The notes under the pieces were generated by a model, which worked only from the letters and a program-made list of their open reading frames with translations, did no database searches and was not told the origin of the DNA. 64,000 nt of DNA. Origin: Lytechinus pictus. Taxonomy: Eukaryota. Positions 28,401-40,400 of the stretch are shown in pieces. Position 1 is the stretch's first letter. Each line of letters opens with the position of its first letter. The stretch lies in contig NC_087245.1 of assembly GCF_037042905.1 (NCBI RefSeq), positions 15,192,001 through 15,256,000 of the forward strand, given 5' to 3'. A program made the position numbers and the translations under genes.

Positions 28401-31400
28401 AGACTCCGCTGGTTCGTTCACTGTGACTGAAGTGGGAAGATATGTTTACGTTCACACTAACCAAAGGATAACACTGATATGGGATCAAGGTACTTGGATC
28501 CAGGTCAAACTGGATCCCATGTACAAAGACAGGGTATGGCTATTACTATTTATTGTACAATATAACAACATGTGATTACCCAGCACCAAACCCACTTAGT
28601 CTCAAGGCACATTTCTTTAAAAAATATACATAAATAAGTCACTTGGGATTCAAAAGATTCAAAATACTAGAAATATTGCTTGCCTCCAAGAGTAAATCTT
28701 CCTCTATCTTTTGTCCTATGTTAAGTAAACCAAAAATAAGACGCAGGAATTTATATTATTTTGACTTCCTGATTGTTTTAAGGGATCTTGCATGTTATGA
28801 ATATCTCATCTTTGAATGTTCTTCAATCTCATTAGCAACTGGTTTAGCAAACTGCACAATCTAAAACATAATCTTTTGTTGGTTTTAAGCTGGGTGTTCC
28901 GATATTCTGATATCATCCACACTTATCTACTGCATCTTTCTCCAAAGTACATGTAATACAGAATAAATGATAGAATCAATGTCAAAATGTAGCATATAGT
29001 GTTTTTTTTCCAAATCCTATTTACTAGTCCCTTTCTTGTTCTAGAATGTTTCTTGATGAGCCACTACTTATGCTACCCGTATTTCTGAATAAGAAATGGG
29101 AAATATAAGAAACGTGACAAAAAACTCTTGTTTGATACCCAACTGCCTTAACACAGGATTTTACATAATTCAGATGGGGTACCCTGACCCCCCTTTTCAA
29201 ATCCATTTTAAAAATCTCATTAATACCATTGCATCTTCACACCAGAGGTGGTGGTTTTGAATCATTACTGTGCTATGCATTAGCATGAACAAACTCTTAC
29301 TGGGAGAGAAAGGAAGTAGGAATTTACGTATATCCTACTCTTTTAACAATATTGTCATGTTCCCTCATCAATTATTAGTTAGATGAAGACCCAAGTTAAA
29401 CTTTTAACAAAGCAAAATGACCTAGAAATATAACAAAATGTTTATTTTACTCCAAAATCTGTCCCCACTTTCTTTTATCCACTCATTGCTTACCACCCTG
29501 TCAAGGTCACTTCTTAAGCAAAGGAAGGGGGTGGATTAAACTGCTTGGTTACATTGTGTACTGGCATGACTAGGTCAGGTGTCTTGAAGTAGTGAAAGTC
29601 AAATGGGGGTTTCAGTTTTAAACAAGGGGTTTTGTCACAAGATATTGCACCTGCAGCTGAACATCATTAAACAGAAAAATATGTGTTTTACCTGACTGTA
29701 GGTTGGAGGACTTTGCGGTAACTTCAATGACCTGATCAGTGATGACTTCTTGTCTCCAGCAGGGGGCCTTCCAGAAACTTCCTCTATTGATTTTGGAAAC
29801 AGTTGGAAAGTAAGTTAACATAAAGGGAAAATGAATATGATAATCATGAGTAATTTGTTATTCAAGTAATGAAAGTTAAGTAGGAGTAGGGTAAAGTAAT
29901 CTAAGGTAAGTTGTGGTAAGGTAAGATATGGTAATTTACGGTAAGGTAAGGTTAGGTAATTTAAGGTAAGGTAAGGAAATTCAAGGGAAGATAATGAAAA
30001 TTGAGGTAAAGTAATATTACATTATATAAGGTCAGATGAGGTAATGGGAGGTAAAGTAGGGTAAGGTTATTTAAGGTAAGTTGAGGTTTTTTAGGAAAGG
30101 TGAGTTAAGGTAAGATAAGGTTGTTTAATTAAGGTACTGTAATGTGAGGTAGGGTAAGGTGAGTTTTTTTAAAGGTAAATTGAGGTAAGGTAAGGTTATT
30201 TCAAGTAAGTTGTGGTAAGGCAAGGTAAGGTAAGTTTATTTTGATAAGGTAAGTCTAGGTAATGTAAGGTAAGGTTAGTTGAGTGAAAGTAAGTTAAGAT
30301 GATGTAAGAGAATATCAGATTGTATAGGATGAAAGAAAAAATGAAACATGGTAAAGTGAATATGAAGGTAATGTACATCATGTAGATTTTGAAATATGAT
30401 TATTGAATTGGATTAAACTGAATTGAATTCTTTTATAGATGTATACCAACAGTGTATACTAACTCAGTGACAAAGACAAAGTAAGCTTGTATTGCATTCA
30501 AACAGCTACTCTATTATTAGTATATAAGTCAAATTTAGGTAGTTAAATACAAAATACACACTAAAATAGGTGTAGGTTTAAACAGAATTTACACTTACAT
30601 GTACATGAGAAATGGAAGGGACTATGTATGCTGTTTGGTGGTGTACTTGTCTATTCTCAATAGTAGTACAGGTCCCTATCTAATCAAAGATGACGGTGGA
30701 ACATCACCAATTCGTACATCTTGAATGCAAATGTGCATGAGGAAGATAAAACTAGCAGTCTGTATACATGTATACACGAAGATGGGTGGATTAATTTTTT
30801 GATTGGAGAGTTAAACCTGGGTTTAATCACGAAAATATCGCTTTTCTTGAAGGGCTATATGATTAATACTATTAATATTTCTGTCTGTAGGTCCATGACT
30901 ACTGCCCCCGCCCTCAGCATGTCATCCACCCGTGTCTCTTTAACCCATACCGTCGGGCCTGGGCCATGCGCCAATGTAGCGTGCTGAAATCAGACACCTT
31001 TGCGGCGTGCCACAGTGAAGTTAGCTTCAGACCCTACTATGTTCGCTGCATCTTTGACACTTGTGGATGCGACACCGGTGGTGATTGTGAGTGCCTGTGT
31101 ACCGCCATCGCGGCTTACGCACAGGATTGTAATGCCCATGGCGTACATATCCATTGGAGATCCAATGAATTCTGTCGTAAGTATATCATTTTCATTTTCC
31201 TTTTATGTATAGAAGCAAATCCCTTCTCAGATCTGTCATACATGCATGTACACACATATCTATAAAAAAATCCAATGTCATACATTTACACTCTCTTAAG
31301 GGGGGGGGGGGGGGCGGCAGGGGGATGTCTGTTATGAAGCCACATCCAGAAAAAACAATAAAAAAAGGGTCCAACATGTGGCATGTCAGCACTTGCCAAT

Positions 31401-34400
31401 AACGGTAGTCTTTTCTCACATTTCCTGTCAAATGTTGTATGAAATCTCTTCCCAAATCTGTTTTCATATGACTCTCAGGTATTGTGTACTATTGTATTAC
31501 AAGTTTTCAGTGAGAAAGTCTGCACCTTAGTCGGGTACAAAATTAGTGTTTGGGTTCAAAGAAATTTTGTTTTATTTTTCCAAGTTTTTAGTGCCATTTC
31601 CATTTGATATTCCTCTGTTGCCCTTATAAAAAAAATTGAATGGTATACCATTGAAATACCATACACCATACACCATTGAAACACCATTGATATACCATTG
31701 GAATACCATTCGCACAGCACCCATCATACACCAATGGTATACCATTCAAGCCCCAATGGTATACCATTCGAACTAATTTAAATAATTGGGACGTTACTAT
31801 TACCATATTCATGAGCACCATTTACCATTCATATACCATTGATCAAACACCATTCACCATTGATCTACCATGGCCACTATATATAGACAGGTTTACCATT
31901 GACCACCATTCAGCCGCCATTCACTGGCCTACCATTTACCATTCAGCCACCGTTCACTGGACACCATTGGTCTACCATTCACCTTACACCATTCACCATA
32001 CACCATTCACCTACCATTCACCATACACCGTTGACCCATTCACCGTACACCATTCGCGTACCATTCACCGTACACCATTCACCATACACCATTCGCCTAC
32101 CATTCACCATACACCGTACACCTACCATTCACCGTACACCATTCGCGTACCATTCACCATAAACCATTCGCCTACCATTCACCATACACCGTACACCTAC
32201 CATTCACCGTACACCATTCGCGTACCATTCACCGTACACCATTCACCATACACCGTTCACCATTGCCCTACCATTCACCATACACCATTGACCTACCATA
32301 CATTGTACACCATTGGCCTACCATACACCGCACACCATTGACCTACCATTTACAGTTCACCATTGGCCTACCATACACCATACACCATTGACCTACCAAT
32401 CACCGTACACCATTGGCTTACCATACACCGTTGACCTACCATTTACCGTACACCATTGGCCTACCGTTCACTGTACACCATTGTCATACCATACACTCTA
32501 TACCATTGGTCAACCATTCAATTTACACCATTGGCCATACATTATAGACCACAAGTGTACTGTGAATGGTAGACCAATGGTTTACACTGAATGATAGACA
32601 GTAGACCAAAGGTGTACAATGTATAGTAGGCCAATAAAGTACAGTGAATGGTAGACCAATGGTGAACAGCATATATAGCTCGGGTTAATGGTAGGTTTGA
32701 TAATGGATTAAGTATGCACAAGAAAAAAATGATGAAAACAGTTATTTCAAGAACGTCAAATGTTTTTACTATAAGAAGTTTAAGTACAGCATAAATGGAA
32801 CACAGTATTCACAAGTATAGACTTTATAATTAAAGCACATAAGTTATAAATATATATGACTTTGCTCCTCGTTGACATCTATACTCTGTCAATCTTGGTA
32901 TCTAAAATAAACATGTATCAAGACAGAGTTTAATTGAAAAACACAACAAATTAATAAAATTTCCAAGAATAAACATGTTCTCTCTGATGGCTTTTTACGT
33001 GGATTGAGTACTTGGCAAAACCACTGTTCTGCAAACAAACCCGATACTTGATACCTGATACTGATACAAGGTTAATACAATAACCTTGATTTTAAATCTG
33101 TTGTGTGTAATTGCTTTCACACAGCTACTTCAATGACATTAATAAAATATTTTTTTTTACTAATAAGTTCAAGTACAAAAGAGTGGAACCCAGTATTGAC
33201 AAGTACATGTATGGCATAAAAGCACCAGCATTATGAATACATGTGACTGCACGACTCTACAAGAGGTCAATGATTGCACTCCACATAGATATTATGTTAA
33301 TCTTCCTATAAACAAATCTAAATGTAAGACAGAATTTGGACAACAAACTGATGAACACCAAATTTCGAAGATTAAACTCAAAATGTGTGATAGGCTTCAC
33401 ATGGCCAAATGATTAAAGGTAAAGAGTACCAAACTTAGAGGAAATAAATATCCCCAAAAGGGGGGAAAATAGTACCCCCATAAAAATAGAACCTCCTAAT
33501 ATTTCTCTATTTTCTTTTCACCTAAAAGATATATCAAACGGCGTGTTTCTACATAGAATCGTTAAAAGGTATAACCCGCGTAAGTATCCAGAATCCCGGA
33601 AAACTTTCCTGTAGAATTTTGTAGAAACAGACGCGATGCGGTTTATTGATAAACTGCTTCAAGCAAAATATGGTTTCTCATAACCATCTCTGAGAGGTGG
33701 TTATTGCCATGTTAATCCGTTTAACTTTTCTGTAAAAACACACGGCAAAATAGCGTATCGTGTCTGGCGGAAGTGCTTAATCCCGGAAGTGCAATTTCGC
33801 AGTACATAAATTTGCACATTCTGGCCTTTTCGATCTCGCCAGCTGATCGTGCAACACGTATACCTGCTACATTGAGTGAGATCTACCACAAATTTTGAAA
33901 ATTTTCCTAAGAAGATGCAATTTTGGACATATGTACAATGCAACGTGAGGTTATAGGTTGATTTTTCCGATTTCCGCCGTATTTGCAACGCGAAAAGCGA
34001 GTTAATCAGATTATTCGGTTTGTAGAAGCAGGTTGGTTTAAAAGCGATAAGGTTTTTCGAGTCCGGAAAAGATAAATCGTTTTTAATGATTTTCTGTAGA
34101 AACATGCCAAAAGTTTATCATAAATACATTAAAGATACATAAAGAAATAAATAATATCTATATCAAAAATAGAATATATAGAATAATAGAATGATAAAGA
34201 ATATATCATGAAAATAGAAAAAAAACAAGAAAAATAGCGACATCTTTTTTAAATATTTTGCAAATCATATAGAAAATAATTCTTAGTAGCACATCTATTT
34301 TTTAACTATTTCCCATAGTTCAAATATACAAGATTCCCACTTATTTCTTTGTTGTCTATTTTTGTTGTGTTGAATCAGATGAATAACTCAACTATGTGTG

Positions 34401-37400
34401 AGAAATAATATAATTTTTGTCTTACACAGTATATCAGTAGTCAATCGTAATTTTTTACAACCTACATTGTAGCTTGGACAAAATTTGAATTCATATAATA
34501 CAAAAAAATATATAAATTGGGATCTTGTATATTCATGAGGACTTGCAGAGAACAGTTTTACCAAAAAATAACAACTTTAATTCGTCATAATTTCGTTAAT
34601 CCTCATTCAATTTTGATGAAATTTTCAGTGTTTTTTTTTGTCGGATGTACTCTTTGAATTTAAATCACATAACTTTCAGTCTAGAGTACCTAGCCCTTCA
34701 ATCAAATGGGTTGGACGACCGGTTACATTTTACATATAACATAGTTATAAGGAGAATGAAGGGGACCATAGAAAGAAAGCATGAGGAAAGGGGAGATTTA
34801 GGTAGGAAGAGAATTAATCAGAAAAGCATAATGTTGACAATTTCGTTAAAATCTGATAACAAAGTCTTTGATTTGAAGGTTTAGCAACATTTTGGGAAAA
34901 ATTACTGGAATGTGCACATGATCGTCAGGAATATGTGTTAGGCTTATGTTATAAAATGAAATCATAATAATTTCATATTTTCGTACACATGTGTATGATA
35001 TGTCCCACGTAGCATAAAATGATTTCAAGCAATGCATGTGTTTACATTAAATAAATCTTCACTCCACTTTTTAGTTCTTGGAGGTCAAAATGTGAATAAA
35101 CATGACTTCTTGTTATAAAATACAAAAGAACAAGTGGGGGTATGACATCAGCTTGTTAACTGTGGGTGCGTCGTAGTCTAGTGGTTCTGACTCTCACCTT
35201 TCAACAGAGTGTCGTGGGTTTGAATCCTAGCAATGGTGTTTTCCTTCAGCAACACATTTATCCACTGTGCTGCACTCGACCAAGGTGAAGTGAATGCGTA
35301 CCCGGCAAGATTAATTTCTTGCAGCTGTAATAAGGAATATGGGATGAAAACAATGCAAAGGACAGTATGTCAGCTACGGGTTCAAAACATCAATGCTTGT
35401 CGTGCGTGCAAGCTTTCTTGAGAAATTGATATATTTTTCTAAAATATCGAGAAATTTGCATAATACACTACCCTTCAATTGAATAGTACCAATTAACAAA
35501 TATCAACAAAACATTTTGTACAATATGATAAAGAAATTCATGTTTAACCATAGATTAGCAGAAAATAACCTGTTATATTTATGGGAGGTTGCCCAAATGA
35601 TGACAAATACCATACCACATGCATACCTGGGGCCAAAGTGTCCAACCCCCCCCCCCCGCCAGCATATTGATTTTTTTCCAGGGGGGGGGGTGTTAGAAAG
35701 GACGTGTAATCCTATAAACGGGGATGACATTTGGTCTTTTTCAGTATTTTTACCATTCCTCACAAGTTTTTTTTTCAGCTATGCCACTGCAGGAGTACAA
35801 TCTGTTTTATTTAATGAAGCTTTGCAATTTTTTCCACTGAAGTGAATTCTTACACAATTACCTTTCACAAACTCCAGTTGTTTTCTTGTAAACGGTTTTC
35901 TGTGTTCAACACCTGTAGTTTCCTTCCCAGATAATCCTGGACCATCTACATTATCATCCAGTGTATCCGTCGTCCAATCTTAAATGAAATAAATTTCAAT
36001 TTGAGTGTTGGAAAATATGCATGTGCAGATAAAACAAAAATATAATACTAATATAGTAAAACTTTCTTTAAGCTCCAAAATGCAATGATTCACTCATATA
36101 CAGCATCATGATAATTTTTATTTTAACATATGCAGCAAATTCACTTGAAAATATGTTTGAAATTGATGTCACAGAAATAAAATTCCCCCACCAAAGATTT
36201 TCTGTGTGTGCATGCTGGAAATATATAGATCAATATAACACAGTTACTCTGCTGCGTAACATGTTTTGATCAGCAATCATGTAGGTATGCAAGAGAAAAT
36301 TATCTAATAGAAAAAGAATGATCTGAAGTCATATTTCCAGAGCAGCAGTTTTCAAAAGGTAGGCCTAATCAATTAATTGATAACATTCAATATGATTTTC
36401 TTTTCTTGGTATTGACAATCACAGTAAAGGATCCAGATGGGCACAATTGACCTGTGCCCCCCCCCCCCTTGAGTAATAGTCATTCAATGGCCCGAATTCA
36501 AAAAGGTGGTTTTGAAAACCCCGGTTGAGTCCATGTTTTATGGAGATTTCCTGTATAAATTACGCTTATTTACAGCGTATATCAAAATATGTCCAATGCT
36601 GATGCGCGCTTTTGTCACAGTGCGCCAAATTGACGCCTGTTGCCGTGGTTATCCACGCTATTTCAATCACGAGTCCACTGTTTTGAATTAATGAGTCCAC
36701 TCTTCAAACAGTGGACTCATGAATAAAATAGCGTATCTAACCATGGTAACAGGCGTCAATTTGGCGCACTGCGACAAAAGCGCGCATCAGAATTGGACAT
36801 TTTTCATACACGCGCCAGATACGTGCTAAATTAAGCGTAATTTATACAGGAAATCTGCATACACCATGGACTCAACCGTGGGTTTTCAAAACCACCTTTG
36901 TGAATTCGGGCCAATGTGTTTAATGTAAATATGGCGTCTTTACACAAGTGTTTCCCTCCTTTTGAAAGTTACAGCAAATATTTCTAACGGAAATATATAC
37001 CGTGTTTACACTTAATCGGCTTTTTCATAGCGTGTAAAACACGATTAACTTGCATCGGCTCGCGGTTCAGAATCAGGAACTTGCACCACCAAAGTAGTAG
37101 GTTCAGAACTGCGAGCCGATGCAGAATCGGCTTTTTTACTACGTGTAAACAGAAAGCCGATTCTGCATCGGCAATTGGTGCGCATTTCATTTACTTTACC
37201 ATTGTGACATAATTGTAAACGCACGGATCCAGCGTTGTCTGTATTATGACGTATATTATTGGTGAGCGTATCAATTGAGGTTTTTGACACGCGAGCCGAT
37301 TCTGCACCGCAAGCTGTAACAGCGTGTAAATGCAGTGCAAGATAAACCAAAAGCCGATTCTGCATCGGCTTTTGGTTCTGAACCAAAAGCCGATCAAGTG

Positions 37401-40400
37401 TAAACACGGTAATTGTCTCATACACAAGTAAAGATCTCTTTTTTTGTGCTTGTTCAAGTTTCCTGGGAAAATGTGCCCCCCCCCCTTGAGAAATCCAGGA
37501 TCCGTCCCTGGACAATCATATGCCAGTGGGTGAATTCTAGACATTATTTTGGGCAAGTTTTTGATCAGTAAATAAATAAACACAGATAAAAAGTGATCAC
37601 AGGACAAACTTAATTTAAAAAAATATAATTAACAAAATTTTCCACCAGAAATTGTCTACACACATTTTGAGGTCAATACACAGTATGCCCATTTTTCCAA
37701 ACATCACGATCGGGAACGGCGGTATTTTGGCTCCATTCCCGATGTTATCGTAATGGTGGGAGCCATGCCGGGGTGGAATTCAGAGACCAGTGAGTTGGGG
37801 GGAATTTCCCCAGGCCAAGCCAGTCCGGGTTGAGAGCCAAAACAGCGAAGATCAGAAGCTGTTATGTCTCCGAAAAATACAAAATAAACACCAAGATAAT
37901 GTGACCATTTACCACTATTCATGAACCAAGCTCATCTATTTTCTCGAATAATCTAACTTAATTTATCCTTTACATGAATTTCAGCCACTTTGAGCAGTGG
38001 AAACAGCATTAATTTAGCTTTGATCTCGACGTTTTAGTTAAAATTCTTAGTCAGATTTTGCCAAACGAACGCAGAGGGCAGCAACACTGTTGACTTCGTG
38101 TTTGCGCGTTGTAATCGCAAACTTCAGCAAATATCCAAATAAATATACGGTGGAGTGAGACCCTAAATCTGATAACTCGAATGATGAAATCATGGTGGAA
38201 GCCGGAATAAAGATGTTCCTGATGCTCAGTGAATTGATTCGGACAAATATTTGGGTTAAATTAGTTCGCTAACATCGCAGGGTACGAAAGTGCATTAGGG
38301 ATTAGCGGGCCCAGGTTTTTCTTAGGGCTGCAGCAGCGGTGTTGAGCGGTGGCTCCGAGTTCCGGGCCGATCCAGGACCCAGAATTTTTTTTGCTAAATC
38401 TTCCGGTCCGGGCTCAAGCCAGGTTATCTTTGCGGGCCCCAACATTAAACATAACGTTATCGTTCAAATTCTCAGTCAGACATCACTTTGCTTGGCTCTG
38501 CCATTATTTATAAGAACTGAAGTTAGCGACCAAAAGATTTGCCTGCGGCAGTTTGCATGATTTGGTTACGAACTTCAGTCCATATAAAAATTACGGCAAA
38601 GCAACGCATGAGGATTCACACAATGACGTAGAGATCGAAGCCGATATACAGCTGTTCCCGATATTCGGAAAAGCGGTGGGCATATGGACATTCAAATGCA
38701 ATTCAGACTTGATATGACATTTGAGAACAACATTTGGTGGTGAATTTTGCTCAAAGTTGGTCGGTGAGAAATTAGTGCCCAATCCCACGGAAAAATCCCA
38801 AGGAAAAAATTCAGAAATTGTGATTTTAGTCAGCTGGCATGGCTGAGTTCAGATTAGTATAGGCCCTTTTTTTTGGGGGGGGGTATACATTTACATATAC
38901 ATGTAAACTACGAATTTTGTTTACAAACGTCAAAAACTATGCCAATTTTTATATTTGAACAAATTATATCGTATTCATATGTAATAAATATTCTAAAAAA
39001 CCTTAGGCCTAACCAAGAAGAAAATATCACATAACTCACTAATACCAAAATCCCGCCATGTTTTCAGAACACTTCTTGATTTATCATGGAATATTTCTCT
39101 GCCTCAATTTCTAAAATATGTTAATTCCAAACAGTTGTAGGTTTTCTCTGAATAATTATTGCAGTCTCTCTAGAGAAATTGAATAGGAATCGTTTGTCAC
39201 TCTCTCCAGTCACAGTTCCGCACACAAAGTGCACATTTTACCATTGAAATTGCATGTGCAATAAGTGGTGCGTAGCTTTTTAGGGCCTGCGTAGCCTTTA
39301 AGGCTTTACTTTATGTTTTAAAATTTAGGACACCTTACCATGTTTCACCTGAATACTACCATGTCCATGTCATCTTAATTTACCAACATTATCTACCAAC
39401 AACAACAAATTATAGGCCTCATTCCAGAGCAATAAGGTTTCCATTTCAGTGAAACAATGTCAATGTTGTGCAGTAACCAATGGCCTAATTGACACTTTGA
39501 CAGTCAATGTCATGACAGTACTGCACTGTACAGCATTAATTTAACAAGTCATTCATTCATAAATTCATACCGGTATTCAGAGATGGTTTTGTAAAACATT
39601 GACAATAGATATCAGGCCATACGAGCGAATTACTACTCAATGACAATGCTCGGCTCAGCTCACCTCAGCCAATACAATTACAAAGCATATTAACGCACCC
39701 CATAATCCATTTCGCCAGAGACAGGCGTGTCCCGGCCCGCGCCAACGGGGCAGTGGCGGTACGGTGGCAGTGAAACCCCGTGGCAGTACAACGACATCTA
39801 ACAGTAACACTAACAGTAACATTCTAGAAAATCAGGCCGAGCCACTAACTACGAAAACAATATCAAAGAAAATTGTTATCTAACTTACTGTTTAGCGTAT
39901 TCTGCGAATGAATTTGAAGTCGTTGTCCGAATCTGACCTGTGTTCCTTTAGTTTATGATGAATTATAGACGGACTTCTGAACAGCAAGACAGTGGTTGAT
40001 CGGGTTCTTTTTTCAAATATTGCAATTGGCGGTTACATGCGTACGTGCGCGCGCGCGCGCGTGCGAGAACAACACTTACATACCGTACATAGAGCGAGCT
40101 AGCTAGCAGCGCAGCCAACACATCCCGATATTGGGGGGGGGGGGGTAAATCAAGACCAAATCAGGGGGAGGGGGCTTCTTAGCCAAGATACATCCCGATA
40201 TGGGGGAGGAGTGAATTGCATGTAAGACCAAATCAGGGGTGTCTTTTTCTTGATTGGTTCTGGGTTGGCAATTAACCATGCAGTCGATTTTTGCCACTGC
40301 TTATCCTTTGAAAGGATATGAAAAAAATCATTTTGCTCAATTTTTTTCTGTTCTATAATTCCATGTCTTTCTTTTTTTCTTTCCATTGTCTTTTTTTCTT

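Noticed and set aside
31811..32594. His/Thr/Pro-rich ORFs that look mucin-like
   Set aside because: Translation of the ACCATT subterminal satellite; no suitable splice sites, and inclusion would split C8-3 from TIL3.
35163..35235. tRNA gene
   Set aside because: Degenerate stems and continuation into non-tRNA body sequence indicate a SINE head.
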